A DNA stretch of 64,000 bases from Eledone cirrhosa (Eukaryota): the NCBI GenBank assembly GCA_964016885.1, contig OZ024745.1:125302001-125366000 (forward strand). Direction: 5' to 3'. Shown piece after piece: positions 28,310-41,407 of the stretch. Below the pieces are notes generated by a model. That model searched no databases. It had not been told where the DNA came from and was given only the letters and a program-made list of their open reading frames with translations. Each line of letters opens with the position of its first letter. Positions within the stretch are counted from its first letter, which is position 1. The position numbers and the translations under genes are program-made.

Positions 28310-28800
28310 AAAACATACGATAGAATTTCGTTAGCAGGGTTGGAACAAACTCTACATAGGTTCTGTAATAATTTAATAGACACATTTTGCACCCTAGGCC
28401 TTAAGATCATAGTAGACGCGAACCTCACTAGGGCAGACTTTCTTGATATTAATTTAGACCTATCAACAGGTACACATAAACACTACTATAAGCCGAGTAA
28501 AATACTAAAATATGTTCACAGGGAACCCTGGCATCCATCTAAGTTTTGTAATAATCTAGTGCCTAATATTAGCCGTAGAATCTCTAACATAACATTTAAT
28601 AAAGAAATATTTCAGCAGGCAGTGCCTTGCTAAAAACAAGGGTCTCCGAGATATTGGATTCAGAGAAGACATCGATTACAGGCTCAAAGACCTCAACCAA
28701 AGAATAGAAATAAAAAAAGAAAAGTTATCTGCCCCTCCTCTTTTTCAATTCATATTAGGAGAAATGTAAATAAAAGATTATTAACTGATAAGCCCTTTCA
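28310..28800 (+). pseudogene. Decayed PLE RT thumb region
   Basis: LGLKIIVDANLTRADFLDINLDLSTG..YYKP..YVH..HP..NISRRIS..KEIFQQA. Confidence 0.8.
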
Positions 28801-28899
28801 ACCCCAACATAGGTACAGAAAGATACTCTAACAGTGACTACTTTCAAGGACCTCAACATCACACACATATGCCAAAGATGTGTCGAAGGCACTGCTGGC

Positions 28900-29335
28900 G
28901 AAAACGCTGAAGCTGTTTTACATATTTCCCGTAAATAAGTCACCTCTCACTAGCGAACAGTAGGGATAACAATACACAATTCCTGTAGAGTTTAACCTTA
29001 ATATCAAAGGAGATACCTCGCTGAGGCGATTGTCGTTTTTCCGACTTTCCGAACGCATTACTAGCTTTGCAGATTCTTGATGATACTTTATTGTCAAGGG
29101 TGCATTGTACACTTAAGGTACAACCAAGAGACACAAACTCGTCCACCACCCGGAGTTTCTTACCTTACATTCTTATGTCTGGTTCTACGTATAGTTTTCC
29201 TGGTGCCGGCTAGTACATGGCCATGGTTTTTTTCAGATTGATTGTTAAACCAAACGCAAAACACGCACTGCTGAACGAGCCCATTAGGTGCTGCATACCT
29301 TTCTGCCCTTGGGAAAAAAGATCCCAACCATCTAT
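28900..29335 (-). pseudogene. RTE-clade LINE RT C-terminal fragment
   Basis: FSSACFAFGLTINLKKT, VDEFVSLGCTLS..SRICKASNAFGK..RGISFDIKVKLY..VLLSLLFASE. Confidence 0.85.
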
Positions 29336-29355
29336 GTAATGAAATGCATGCGTGT

Positions 29356-29458
29356 ATACATACATACATACATACATACATACATACATACATACATACA
29401 TACATACATACATACATACATACATACATACATACATACATACATACATACATACATA
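29356..29458. repeat. (CATA)n microsatellite
   Basis: Direct reading; forms the tail of the adjacent RTE end. Confidence 0.95.
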
Positions 29459-30285
29459 ATGGCTCCAAAGTCAAGATAAGAGTATTGCAATCGCTTGTCA
29501 GATTCAGATGAGTGAAGCTCGGATATGGCTTTTCAAGCCTATTAGAGAGTTGCACTCCTTTGCACATTGACAAAAACTATGGATCTCCCTGGCTTCAGGT
29601 CTTCCATCGGGTTGACTGTCCACCTTCACAATACCGTGGATATCATGTTTCATTGGTTCTCTTTGAACATGGCTGCGACTGTGGCTCCTGAGACCAGATT
29701 TGCTCAAGCAAATCTTTCCACACTCAGGACGCACCAATTCAATGGAGACAGCGATCATTTCAAGAGATACACCTGGGAATTGCTTACACGCATCTCGTTT
29801 GCTCTATGCGTCTATACTCAAAATTATAGACCCTATCATTCAATATTCCACGCCAAGTTTCTCTTTCAAGAGATTCTATCTCCCAATCAGCCACCACCAG
29901 ACCAGATTTTTTTGATTTTTAATGAGTCCTTTACACAATCTTTGAATCGGAGCTTTGGTTTGGGAGGTGGTCTCTTACCTTTACAAAGCTCGCCATACAT
30001 ACATAATACATGATGGCTGCAAACTCATGCTAAGAGTATTGTAATCAATTGTCAGATTCAGGTGTGTGACGCTCAGATGTGGCTTTTCAAGCCTGCTAGA
30101 GATTTGCACACCTTCGTATACTGACGCCAACTATAGATCTCCCTGGCATCAGGTGTTGCATCAGGTTGCCTGTGAACCTTCACAATACGTTGGAGATCAT
30201 AGTTCACAGGGTCTCTTTGAACATGGCTGCAACTGTGGCACGTGAGACCAGATTTGCTCAAGCAATTTTTTCCACACTCAGGGCA
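29459..30285 (-). mobile_element. Two RTE-like LINE 3' ends with C2H2 zinc-finger C-termini (29459-29998, 30010-30285)
   Basis: YGELCKGKRPPPKPKLRFKDCVK, ECGKICLSKSGLRSHSRSH, CKSLAGLKSHI; both end in (ATGT)n. Confidence 0.8.
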
Positions 30286-30441
30286 CACACATTCATACAT
30301 ACATACAAACATACATACATTCATACATACATATATATATACATATATACACACACATAAATATATTCATAAATTCATACATACTTACATCAGGTTGCCT
30401 GTGAAACTTCACAAAACTGTGGAGATCATACATGCATACAT

Positions 30442-30631
30442 CAGACATGCCAACCTTTAAAAAGCTAAACGGTACCATGAAAACAGTACCCCAAAACGGG
30501 GAGAAATGAGGCAAGATTAAAATTGTTTACATAATGAAAGCTATACCCATTTTCACAACAGAATACATCTGTCACCCACTCCCAAGTAGGTGGGAGATCT
30601 CCGATTCGGACGGGGAGAGTTAACAGATCTG
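30442..30631. mobile_element. Possible MITE
   Basis: Imperfect TIRs CAGACATGCCAAC / GTTAACAGATCTG, flanked by CATACAT on both sides. Confidence 0.45.
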
Positions 30632-30639
30632 CATACATG

Positions 30640-30998
30640 CATACATGGTGGCTGCCAACTCGTTTTCGAGTACGGCCACTACTTTATATCCATGTAGGAG
30701 AACCCCTACCGATGCGCTGAACGAATGTGACTTTTTAGTCCAGCCAGCGACTTGAAAACTCTGGTACAGACACTACACTTGTGACAATTATTGATTTCTT
30801 TATTAGCCACAAGGGGACAATACAAAGACATGCCGGGGATTTTACATACAGTCGTGTAAAAAATATAAAAACAAACAATTTTTTTTTTGTTTTTATATTT
30901 TTTACACGACTGTATGTGACAATTATTGACACATAGTTCTGGGCCCATGGTGACAATTATTGACACATAGTTCTGGGCCCATGGTACCATGTGACGCC
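30640..30998 (-). mobile_element. 5'-truncated RTE-derived element, interrupted at 30795-30914
   Basis: CSVCTRVFKSLAGLKSHIRSAHR*; nearly identical to 31995-32178. Confidence 0.8.
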
Positions 30999-31027
30999 AT
31001 ACATACATACATACATACATACATACA

Positions 31028-31061
<34 letters not shown>

Positions 31062-31069
31062 CATACATA

Positions 31070-31740
31070 ATACTGGTGGAACCTGAAAATAAAAACTGCC
31101 ACCAAATTAAAGCACGACCGGCCTGATATTGTTGTTTGGGACCACACATTGAAAACGTGTTCTGTTGTGGAGATCAGCTGCCCACTTGATGTAAACGTTG
31201 TCAGAAAAATACAGGAGAAGGAGGACATCTACGGACCATTGATGAGGAGTTTACAAATCCAGTATCCAAGATACACCTTTAGCTTCATACCCATCATTAT
31301 TGGAGCTACAGGTTATATACAAACCCGCTTGGACCAAAGTATGACTGAACTTGGATTTGCGGACAAAGAGCGCAGCTCCCTAATTCATAGTCTGCAAATG
31401 GCTGCGATAGCTGGCACCTTCAAAGTTTGCAAAACATTCTTGCGATTCAAGGGATGACAATTTCTTTTCTTTTACAACCTTGCCACAAGGAAGGTGGCCG
31501 GTCAAAAAATATACTGGAAATTAAGAGAAAGAGATAACATACATACATACATACTGAACCTGATTTGTGGGCAAAGAGCGCAGCTCCCTAATTCATAGAT
31601 TACAAATGGCTGTGATAGCTGGCACCTTCAAAGTTTGCAAAACATTCCTGTGACTCAAGGGATGACAATTTCTTTTTTTTTACAACCTTGCCACCAGGAA
31701 AGTGGCCGGTCAAAAATGTACTCGAAATTAAGAGAAAGAC
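31070..31740 (+). mobile_element. R4/Dong-like RLE non-LTR retrotransposon 3' ends (31070-31537 and 31555-31740)
   Basis: WWNLKIKT..KHDRPDIVVWD..VVEISCPLD..KIQEKEDIY..IPIIIGATG..LQMAAIAGT; each 3' UTR runs into (CATA)n. Confidence 0.85.
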
Positions 31741-31952
31741 ATACATACATACATGATGATGATGACTGCCCCCTCGTTATCGAGTATGGCCATTGCATGA
31801 TATACCATTATTAATAATTATTAATTAATTATATCGTGCAATGCCTGTGCATGAAGATATTTTTTAAAGTGAGAAAAGACTGTGCACGGAACCTATCCCA
31901 CTCTTTGAGCGACAGTAGCTATAACCCGAAAAGAAGAAAAGATCAACATACA

Positions 31953-31984
<32 letters not shown>

Positions 31985-31994
31985 CATACATACA

Positions 31995-32590
31995 TACATG
32001 GTGGCTGCCAACTCGTTTTCGAGTACGGCCACTACTGTATATCCATGTAGGAGAACCCCTACCGATGCGCTGAACGAGTGTGACTTTTTAGTCCAGCCAG
32101 CGACTTGAAAACTCTGGTACAAACACTACACTTGTGACAATTATTGACACATAGTGTGGGCCCATGGTACCATGTGACGACAAGTGCAGAGAGATCTCCA
32201 GATATAAAGCAATGCCTGTGCCGTGAAGCTTTTATAGTGAGCAAAAGCACTGCACAAAGCCAGTCCCACTCTCTTAACCCAGATGTTATTTACCAAAAAG
32301 AAGAACAAGTCAACATCATTGGATACCATCAGGGTTGCAGGTGTTGTATCAGAGTTTTCCTTCTCCTAGAATTCTGCCTTGACAAAGGCTAAGGGGTCAT
32401 CTCGCCTGGTGATTTTGGATGGCCATTGACTCTTAAGAGCTCCTTTGCCTTTTGACAGGTTTTGTTTTTAGTCCTGCAGGATGTCCAAAGTCACCCTCCT
32501 CACCAAGAAACCTTGGTGGGGTTGCCAGTTTAGTTGCCAACGACCCGACCATGAGACAGGTTGTACTGGGATACATGTTACCAGTAGCAC
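31995..32590 (-). mobile_element. ~600-bp non-autonomous RTE-derived element (5'UTR-like part, zinc finger, 3'UTR)
   Basis: Bounded by (CATA)n on both sides; RTE-like 3' end; no RT. Confidence 0.65.
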
Positions 32591-32598
32591 ATACATAC

Positions 32599-32629
<31 letters not shown>

Positions 32630-32667
32630 CATACATACATACATACATACATACATACATACATACA

Positions 32668-32698
<31 letters not shown>

Positions 32699-34284
32699 GT
32701 AAGTAAGTACAGACACAACAATTCAGGTATATATATATATACACATACATTTATGACGATTGTTTTATAAGTGAATTTGTTTGTGTGATTATTTAGAAAT
32801 ATGTTATTTAGAAATAAGCCACATCCATATATGTGGTTTTCAATTGTGTGTATTACTTCATTTATAAATTCATGGTATTCTTTCGACTACAGAGGTTTCT
32901 GTTCGTTTGTTTTGATTAATGACTGCTTACAAGTCTTTGTTCATTAAATATATGTCCGGCTTTCGTTTCCATTCTTAATAGGTTTTCTTAAAAGATTTCA
33001 GCTGCAGCTTTTACTAATGCAACGAACAGTTCGAATGTTCATTCACCTTTTCTCTCGAAGATTTGAAATTTAGTCTGTATATGTATATTATTTTTGTATC
33101 TGTGCGTCTGTGTGTATATGATAATAGTTTTTTTTTGTAATCCGTTGTACACATATTTTTCAGATTATGTAATAACATTAGCGTGTGGTAAAGAGTTGTG
33201 CTAGTATGTGTATATATGTGTGTGTTTGCTTGAATAAACAATTAACATTTGTAGCATGTATATGTGTTTGAATGTAAGAATATATATGATTATGTTTATG
33301 ATTGTAATCATAATTGTGTGTATATAAATGTGTGTGTGTGTTTTCTATGTTTGTAAGTCATACGAACGTGTGTTCGTATATTTCTCATTATTCTAATATG
33401 TTAAATTGTGTTTTAATGTGTGTGTATGTATGTGGGTATATGTATGTGAGGATATGTGTGTATGTGCAAGTGTATGTACGTGTGAATGTGTGTAGTTATG
33501 TCTGCTTAGATGTAGTTGTACATTTACAATATGTCTGTTTGATATCATGTGCGTGTCGTGTGTGATTATAATGTGCTGAAGTTTGAGCTTCTGTATTCAG
33601 TCAAATATAGCTTGAAATTGAGATTATGTGCATCTTTGCTTACTACGGTTGTGCGTGTGATACCATATTAATGAATATTTTTTATGCGGCGATATATGCG
33701 TCGACTTAAAAGCAATTTTCTACAGACTGTATTTCCGAAAGCTTCCTGTAGCTGGAAAGAGATGCCAGTTATATTAGATCACCTTTGCCACTTGATATAT
33801 TTTGTTTCACAGCGACGATATTGACACTTGGAAAAACGATTCTTCTACACACCTGTAAATCGTTATTATGCAGTTACCTTTCTATGCAATGTGGACCATG
33901 GATCTTGACATTTAACAAGAAGAGCAAGGATAGAATGTCTAGTAATCGGAATATATCTGAATGTGTTGGAGGCTTCAGGTCAGAAATCTACACATCAAGG
34001 ATACAGTATAACGATCGTTGTTAATTGTGCTAGAATCGAATCTATCCCTATCAGATCTTTGTGTTAGTTAGAAACAGCATTATTTACTCCAGCCGAAGAA
34101 ATGTCTGGAGATTGTAGCTTTAAATTATTCACTCAACCCAATCCCTATTTAGGAAACTGCGCCTATCACCACTCTACAAATAGTGGTATGAAATTGAAAT
34201 ACAAAAATATACCACAAAAGCTTGTCGCATAGAATATTTGGACACATTTTGATGTTGGGGTTAAGTGGCCCTCATTATTAAGCA

Positions 34285-34422
34285 AATTACGTCCCTTTAT
34301 GACCTGAGTTCAAATCCCGCCGAGGTTAACTTTGCCTTTCATCCTTACGGGGTCGATAAAATAAAGTACCAGTAATGTACTGAGTAATTGCTGGCCTTGT
34401 GCCTAAAATAGAAACAATTATT
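34285..34422 (+). mobile_element. 5'-truncated SINE A
   Basis: B-box, core and tail. Confidence 0.85.
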
Positions 34423-34429
34423 AAGCAAA

Positions 34430-35090
34430 TTAAACACTCAGTGTAGGAATTGAAGCGCTCACTGGGATCATGTTACACGCAAAGGCTTCCCTTAGCGAAG
34501 TTCGTGAGGCCATCCCCAGAAGCTGGACAACACCAACTTGGCATTTGATATGAGGATGTTTACTTTCTGAATTAACTGAGGCACCGGTTAGTTTTAATAA
34601 GTGTCTAATATTACTCAATATTCTCTTTACAGGCGTTTAAACATGTTACCTTATTGAATGTCCATGCACCATCTGATAGTTAGGAAAAACAACGATTAGA
34701 TCAGACACTAAACACCAAAATGATGATTTCTACTATAGGCACAAGGCCAGTAATTTGGGGGGGAGGGAAAAGTCGATTAAATCGACCCAAGTGCGTGACT
34801 GGTACTTTATTTTATCGACCGCGTAAGTAAACCTCGGCGGGATTTGAACTCAGATCATAAATGGACCGTAACTCTATGCTGCAAAGCATGGCGTCCGAAT
34901 CCCTACCGAGACTTCCAATCCACCGCCCTGCTAAACACCAAAATGCTACAAAGATATCCTAATAGCTGAATTTAATGCGGTTTAAAGGGGAATAAATAAA
35001 CACTGGGAGCGATCAATCGGGGCCCACCGCTTTACTCAAAACAAATTTCCCAGTGTTAGTACCATGACGTTACTATTGCCAACACTATTT
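34430..35090 (+). pseudogene. Highly decayed LINE APE endonuclease fragment, split by a SINE
   Basis: HVTLLNVHAP and LIAEFNA resemble the APE YAP and GDFNA motifs. Confidence 0.4.
34722..34928 (-). mobile_element. SINE A (long) with 15-bp TSD
   Basis: CTAAACACCAAAATG on both sides. Confidence 0.9.
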
Positions 35091-35098
35091 TCCAGCAG

Positions 35099-35284
35099 GA
35101 CGGTGGATTGGCAGTATCGGTAGAGGATCGGACGCCATGCTTTCCAGCATATTTACGTCCCTTTACGGTCTGAGTTCAAATCCCGCCGAGGTTAACTTTG
35201 CCTTTCATCCTTACGGGGGTCGATAAAATAAAGTACCAGTAATGTACTGGGAAATTGCTGGCCTTGTGCCAAAAGTAGAAACAT
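35099..35284 (+). mobile_element. SINE A
   Basis: Full length; imperfect TSD CTATTTTC(C/A)AGCAG. Confidence 0.9.
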
Positions 35285-35504
35285 CTATTTTCAAGCAGTG
35301 GAATAAATACAAGACCACGGTGATGCAACTTAGATACAAAGACTAACCTGTTATGGTCCACGTCATAATCAAGTGTGTATACCTGAAGTATGTTCTCCTT
35401 ACATCTATATTGAGTGTTGAACAGATCATCGTATAACGTTAACAAATTCAAATTACCTGTTGCTTCCCATTAAGACATTCAGGAACGTCAAATATCGCTC
35501 GCTC

Positions 35505-35710
35505 TAGGGTGATCCTCGTCACATCGGACCAAATAAACAATGTTTTCATTGGTCTTTTTATTGCTGATATTATTCACCGGTCGCAACTCCTGGAAGAAAA
35601 AGCAACGTGAAATAAACTGGACACAGCGCATCACCTGGTCCGAGAATTGAACTCGCAACCTCATGATTGCAAATCCAACTCTCTAACCACAAAGCCACGC
35701 GCCTTCACGT
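35505..35710 (-). mobile_element. SINE B
   Basis: Similar to 20545-20760. Confidence 0.75.
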
Positions 35711-36599
35711 CAACTAAGCTCTGTTGCTGCAAGTTCGATATTCACAATATTTAAAGAACTTTAGTTGCTCCCTCTATATATCAAACTGAAAGCTTCAGAA
35801 TCATTCATCACTTGTGAGTCTGGCATAAATGACAAATGGTCCGCCTTAATTTCCACACTGTATGATACTGCTTCTTTCAAGACAGGAAATATCGCGACTT
35901 GTTCAATGAGAACACCAGCTGAATCACGAAACCTCTAAATGACATGTAAAGACCCAAAGAGCAGCCCTGAACAAGCTCTCATCACACAATGAAAGATGTC
36001 TCGGTGAACAATTAAAATTTAAAAACCTTCATTAAGCTATATTTCACACACCAGATTGATAATTAGCATGTTAGTTACATTATTAAACACCATCACATTT
36101 TTCATTATTTTCAAAATTATATGAAAATCAATAGTTTCTGTATTGTCCAAAGATTTCAATTCACATTATTCTTTGTAGATAATGATCTTGTTTGTTTGTT
36201 TGATAGATTTTAGACACACATAGTTGGAGGTTTCGGCTGCTAATTGTTTAGAAATCTCAGTTGATGAAAGTTTTTGAATTCCTTATATTACATATGTGAG
36301 GCTTTACTACATAAGTGTATTAGTCAGCTAAATATTACTGCGTTTACGTTTGGAACATTCATCGTTGAACAAATGGAGATCAATTCCATTTCTATTCCAT
36401 TTACTTGCATATATGTAATAAGAATAACTTAGTTTGAGAATATTATATATCATAATACAAGTAATTCAATGAAAATAAAAAACAAAAATACAAACTTTCC
36501 TTCTCATATTTAAAGTTCTATAATAATCTAGCACACGGAAGAGTCGAACTCACACTGCCATCACCTCAATCTCTCTCGCCCTCCCTATCTATCTGTATT

Positions 36600-36850
36600 A
36601 TGAGCAGATGGGGTCCCATGAGGTGGCCACTCCACAGCCCCAGCAGACAGAATGGCGAAGGCGTTTCCCCGGAGGATGGTAAGGGAGATGCACTGAAAGA
36701 GTTATTCCATCTCACGAGGCTCACACCTGTGGCTGGTCAGCTCAGTGCCTATAGTGGTAAGTAATGATAGTAGCCTAGCGCCAAGGACACCAGAAGTCTC
36801 CACTGTTAAGAGCATGGCTGCAAACCTGTTGGAGAGAGACCATCCCCTAC
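36600..36850 (-). pseudogene. CRE-like RLE retrotransposon C-terminus
   Basis: TVETSGVLG..IG..EPREME*LFQCISLTILRGNAFAIL. Confidence 0.7.
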
Positions 36851-37011
36851 ATATCACTAATATTATTTTGTTTATTCTTAATGAAATAGAAACCAAACTT
36901 TCCACTTGTCAAGATTTGAAATCAGAAAATAACTGATTGAATAGATATAGACTAAGGTATTTATTTGAGTATTATATCAATGATGACATTGACTGACATA
37001 TCCTTGGTAAT

Positions 37012-37335
37012 AATTGTTTCTACTTTTGGCACAAGGCCAGCAATTAACTCAGTGTATTACTGGTACTTTATTTTATCGACCCCTGTAAGGATGAAAGGCA
37101 AAGTTAACCTCGGCGGGATTTGAACTCAGACCATAAAGAGCCGTAACTCTTTGCTGCAAAGCATGGCGTCCGACTCTCTACCGATACTGCTATCCACCGC
37201 CTTGGTAATAATGGTTTCAAATTTAGGTACAAGGCCAGCAATGTGGGAGAAAGGAAACATCAATTGAATCAATGCCCAGTGTATTACTGGTACTTTATTT
37301 TATTTACCCAGGACAGATGAACAGTAAATTTGACA
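37012..37335 (-). mobile_element. SINE A inserted in the tail of an older SINE A
   Basis: TSD CCTTGGTAATAAT flanks the 37012-37200 copy. Confidence 0.88.
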
Positions 37336-37390
37336 TTATATGTAGATTAACTTAAAATAAAAGCCACGATATGTTTTGTCCCTGGTTCTA

Positions 37391-37460
37391 ATTATAGAAT
37401 AGTTATGGTATTATAGAATAGTTATGGTATTATAGAATAGTTATGGTATTATAGAATAGT
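37391..37460. repeat. 19-bp tandem repeat, ~3.6 copies
   Basis: Unit ATTATAGAATAGTTATGGT. Confidence 0.9.
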
Positions 37461-37504
37461 GTTTAACATTAACATGACAAGTCATTTTTCTGGTATTATT
37501 TCTC

Positions 37505-37870
37505 AGAATCACCCTCTTCCCATTCGAAGGAGGTAGATCCCTCATCTGGGACGCCACCTGTTGCAACACGTTCTCTGCCTCCAACTTAGTCACTTCGACC
37601 ACCAAACCCAGTGACATGGCTCACCTTGCCAACGAACAGAAAATACACAAATAAAAGGGATTATTTCGCTGCTTCCTCTTCGCAACAGTCGCCATTGAGA
37701 CCTCAGGCATACTTGGACCCCCGTACAGTCGAGCTCCTCCGTAAGGTCGGAACGTCTGAGTAAGGAGCCCTGCAAGGTGGGGTGGCTGTTGCAGCAGGTG
37801 TCACTGGCTATTTTCCGCAGGAATGCTTTTGCAGTCTTGTCCTTTACCATAGGCCCTAGGCCCGGAGTTC
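37505..37870 (+). pseudogene. CRE-like RLE retrotransposon fragment
   Basis: ITLFPFEGGRSLIWDATCCNTF..ANEQKIHK..WLLQQVSLAIFRRNAFAVL. Confidence 0.75.
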
Positions 37871-39931
37871 AATCATTCCCCTCGCCCCTCCCTATTCTCC
37901 TGTGACACTAGAATCGTTTACATTCCCTCCTTTTTCCGTTTTTTTCTTTATCTCTTTTTTCTATAATTTCTTATTTCACATTCCATGCTTCTCAAAAAAG
38001 AAAAAAAAACTAATGTCTGAAGATCAACATCTTCACGACATAAATAAAATTTGATTTATTTCCTCTTAGCTTTTAATAATTCATATTTTACAGAGATATA
38101 TTTTCGATAGTGTACATTACGATTTTGTTGAAAATGTTCTGTCTGCAGAGTAGTTAGTGCCTATGGGTTTTTTTTTTGTTTCCTTTTTTGTTTAGGGAAA
38201 GAGTATTGGTGTGAAGTTTTATATACATTAACAATTTAGCATTCTAGAACAACTTTTTCTCCCATGATCTGTATTATATTTATGTAATACATAGGATAAA
38301 GGTCTAAAACTTAATTAAGGTTAAGTATTCTATCTTTCTTTTTTCCTTAATCTGTAGCAACACCTTTCAGTATTTTCTATTATATCTCATTCATACAGTT
38401 CATTGACAATTATATCAGATTATTATTGAATTTTAACTAAATGTTATAATGTTAAAGTTATATATAAACTATATATGTTCAGAAAAAATTAAATGAAATA
38501 GAAAGGAAAAGAGAAATACATTAGTCTGTCAAACAGAAAGCACTGAGTAGCATTTAAATGTTTTTCACCTGAGCAACTCATAGAAACTGGCAAAAAGTTT
38601 TTGTTAATTCTTTCAGTGAAAAATGTTCAAAGAATGATTATAAGATTATTAAATTCTTTGTGACTGAAACGATCAACCAATATATATTAGTTGTACCAAG
38701 ATAAAAGTGAAATACTTTACTTTTGTTTATATTATGCTAATCATTTTTTTATTCAAATCCTAAAGTTTAGTTAGTTAACAGTCATTCAAACATTACCACA
38801 TTTGCCATGAATAAAATTGAATCTTATGACCTTTTAGAATTGTTAATCCACCTTTTTCTGTCTGTGTCCATTCATTTCTCTCATCCCCCCTTCAAAGTAT
38901 ATTTAAGATTTATGCTTTTGATTTTAAAGTCCATAAATACTGTTATGACACGTTGAATGAGTAAACTTGAAAACTGTAGAATTGACAGTAATTAACCATT
39001 TAAATTCGAGAACATGTCTTACTGAATATTTCATTTAATCCAATGATTTGTCCTACTTGATTTACAAGTTTTATATTTCTGACATCAACTTTGTTGTAAT
39101 ACTTAGAAAAAAATATATTGTATAAGTTTCATGCAATTTAAATGATTTCAATAAAATAATTTACACGAAAGAGTAATTTTAATATAATTCAATAGATATA
39201 TGTAGCAAAAACGAATTTCCTGTATCGACGTATATGGAATTAGATATATATTTATCCTATCATACTTATTTCATATAACCACCTGTTTCTATTTATTGAT
39301 ATATACTTGGTAGTTAATAATTCAAAGAAGAAATCATTATACAAGGATTGGAATACATCCATAAATTCCAGTTGATATATCTATTTAAGTTACATTCAAT
39401 TACTTAAACATGTATATTTAATATCCATGAATACTCCTGCACTTCCAAAAGTAAGAAACAGCAAGATTTCTTTCACTTTCATATATTTCATTGACCCACT
39501 GTGTTTTACTAAAAAGTGAATCAGCATCTAATACTCAATATTTCACTCAACAAAATAATGAAATCCCATATGCAAGAAATATGGTCTTTTTATGACAGTC
39601 TTACTTCAAAGATGAAAGATTTTATTTTATTTATTTTTATGCAACTAAATCAGAATGATTTTATCATGTATAAACTTCCAAAATGAAAATTCCAATACAT
39701 CAGAATGAAACATTGCTTCTTCTTAGAATTAAACAGGGGAATACCACATTCAACTTTCATTGAAAATTGTGTATATGGATAAGATACATCAGTATTTATA
39801 GCTTTCTCTCACAAACACACAAACACACACACACTCACATATATATATATAAGTGTGTGTGTATATATATATACATATATCCTTGTATTAATAATATTTT
39901 TATTATTATTATATATATATATGTGCATGTC

Positions 39932-39966
<35 letters not shown>

Positions 39967-40051
39967 ATATGTGTATGTATGTATGTATGTATGTATGTAT
40001 GTATGTATGTATGTATGTATGTATGTATGTATGTATATATGTGTATATATG

Positions 40052-40118
<67 letters not shown>

Positions 40119-40121
40119 ATA

Positions 40122-40184
<63 letters not shown>

Positions 40185-40609
40185 ATATTTATATATTTAT
40201 ATATTTATATATATATATATAACACTGGGGGGTTTCTTGTTCCAAACAATTGCTCTAATCTCTACTCTGATTCCCAAATACATTATCTTATTCTAACTCC
40301 ACTAAACTTGAATAACATGTAACTGGAATGTGGAAGATTGCTATAAATGTTAGGCCCTAATATCAATGAATCTCTCTTGTTAAACAGAACTCCGCAACAT
40401 AGTTGAAATAGTATCACTGAAGTACAACTTTAATAAACGACACAGCTATTGTTTTGAAATAATTAACAATATTTGAAAATTTAATGAAATAACTAATTAC
40501 TTTATATATAAGGTTCTTACCTAAAATTATGATGAAGGGTTTGAAGATTAATACAAATATTTCTTCATGTTTGTAAACAAAGATTTTTTTTTAATCATAA
40601 TTTCAGGAC

Positions 40610-40790
40610 TGGTTTCAAGTGTGTTGAACCTCTATAAAGCTCAGGTAAAACTTACAATAGAGTATTGTTCTCACATCTTGGATGTTGTTGCTAGTACACA
40701 CACAAAGATGGGTAGCCTCATTCAGATACCACTTTCAGCTCATTTATCTTTCTTTTTCCTATCAAGCATATTGTGGCCATTATAAAAATA
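40610..40790 (+). pseudogene. CR1/Jockey-like LINE remnant
   Basis: LYKAQVKLTIEYCSHIL. Confidence 0.55.
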
Positions 40791-40849
40791 TATATATAAA
40801 TATATATGTGTAGGTTTAATTTTGTATGCAAGGGAAGGCATAGCACCAC

Positions 40850-40890
<41 letters not shown>

Positions 40891-40918
40891 TGTATTCATG
40901 AGTTTTATATTGAATAAT

Positions 40919-41105
40919 AATTGTTTCTACTTTAGGCGCAAGGCCAGCAATTACCCAGTGCATTACTGGTACTTTATTTTATCGACCTCGTAAGGATGAA
41001 AGGCAAAGTTAACCTCGACGGGATTTGAACTCAGACCATAAAGGGATGTAACTATGCTGGAAAGCATGGCGTCTGACCCTCTACCGATACTGCCAATTTA
41101 TCGCC
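40919..41105 (-). mobile_element. SINE A
   Basis: Full-length match. Confidence 0.9.
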
Positions 41106-41407
41106 ATATATCGAATTATAATGATATTCAATTTGTTTGCAAGCATACAGCCTCATTATGTTATGTTTTTAGATGACCATCACCATACTTTTGTTCTAGA
41201 GGGACAGAATCAACAATATTGTTTCTGGGTTATTGCCCTTTGTCTAGATTGTGTATCTCTCTTCTGTCACTCACTAGAACACTTGATAATATAAGGTATT
41301 CTCTAAAGTATACATCGGCTGATTAGCGGAATTTACATATTGAGTGATTTTACAGCTGTCTTTGTTGAAAATTAAAACTAAAGTTAGAAATGTGTACTTT
41401 ATTGAAT

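Noticed and set aside
29504-30354. Host C2H2 zinc-finger gene
   Set aside because: Fingers follow RTE motifs, are truncated, and end in retroposon tails
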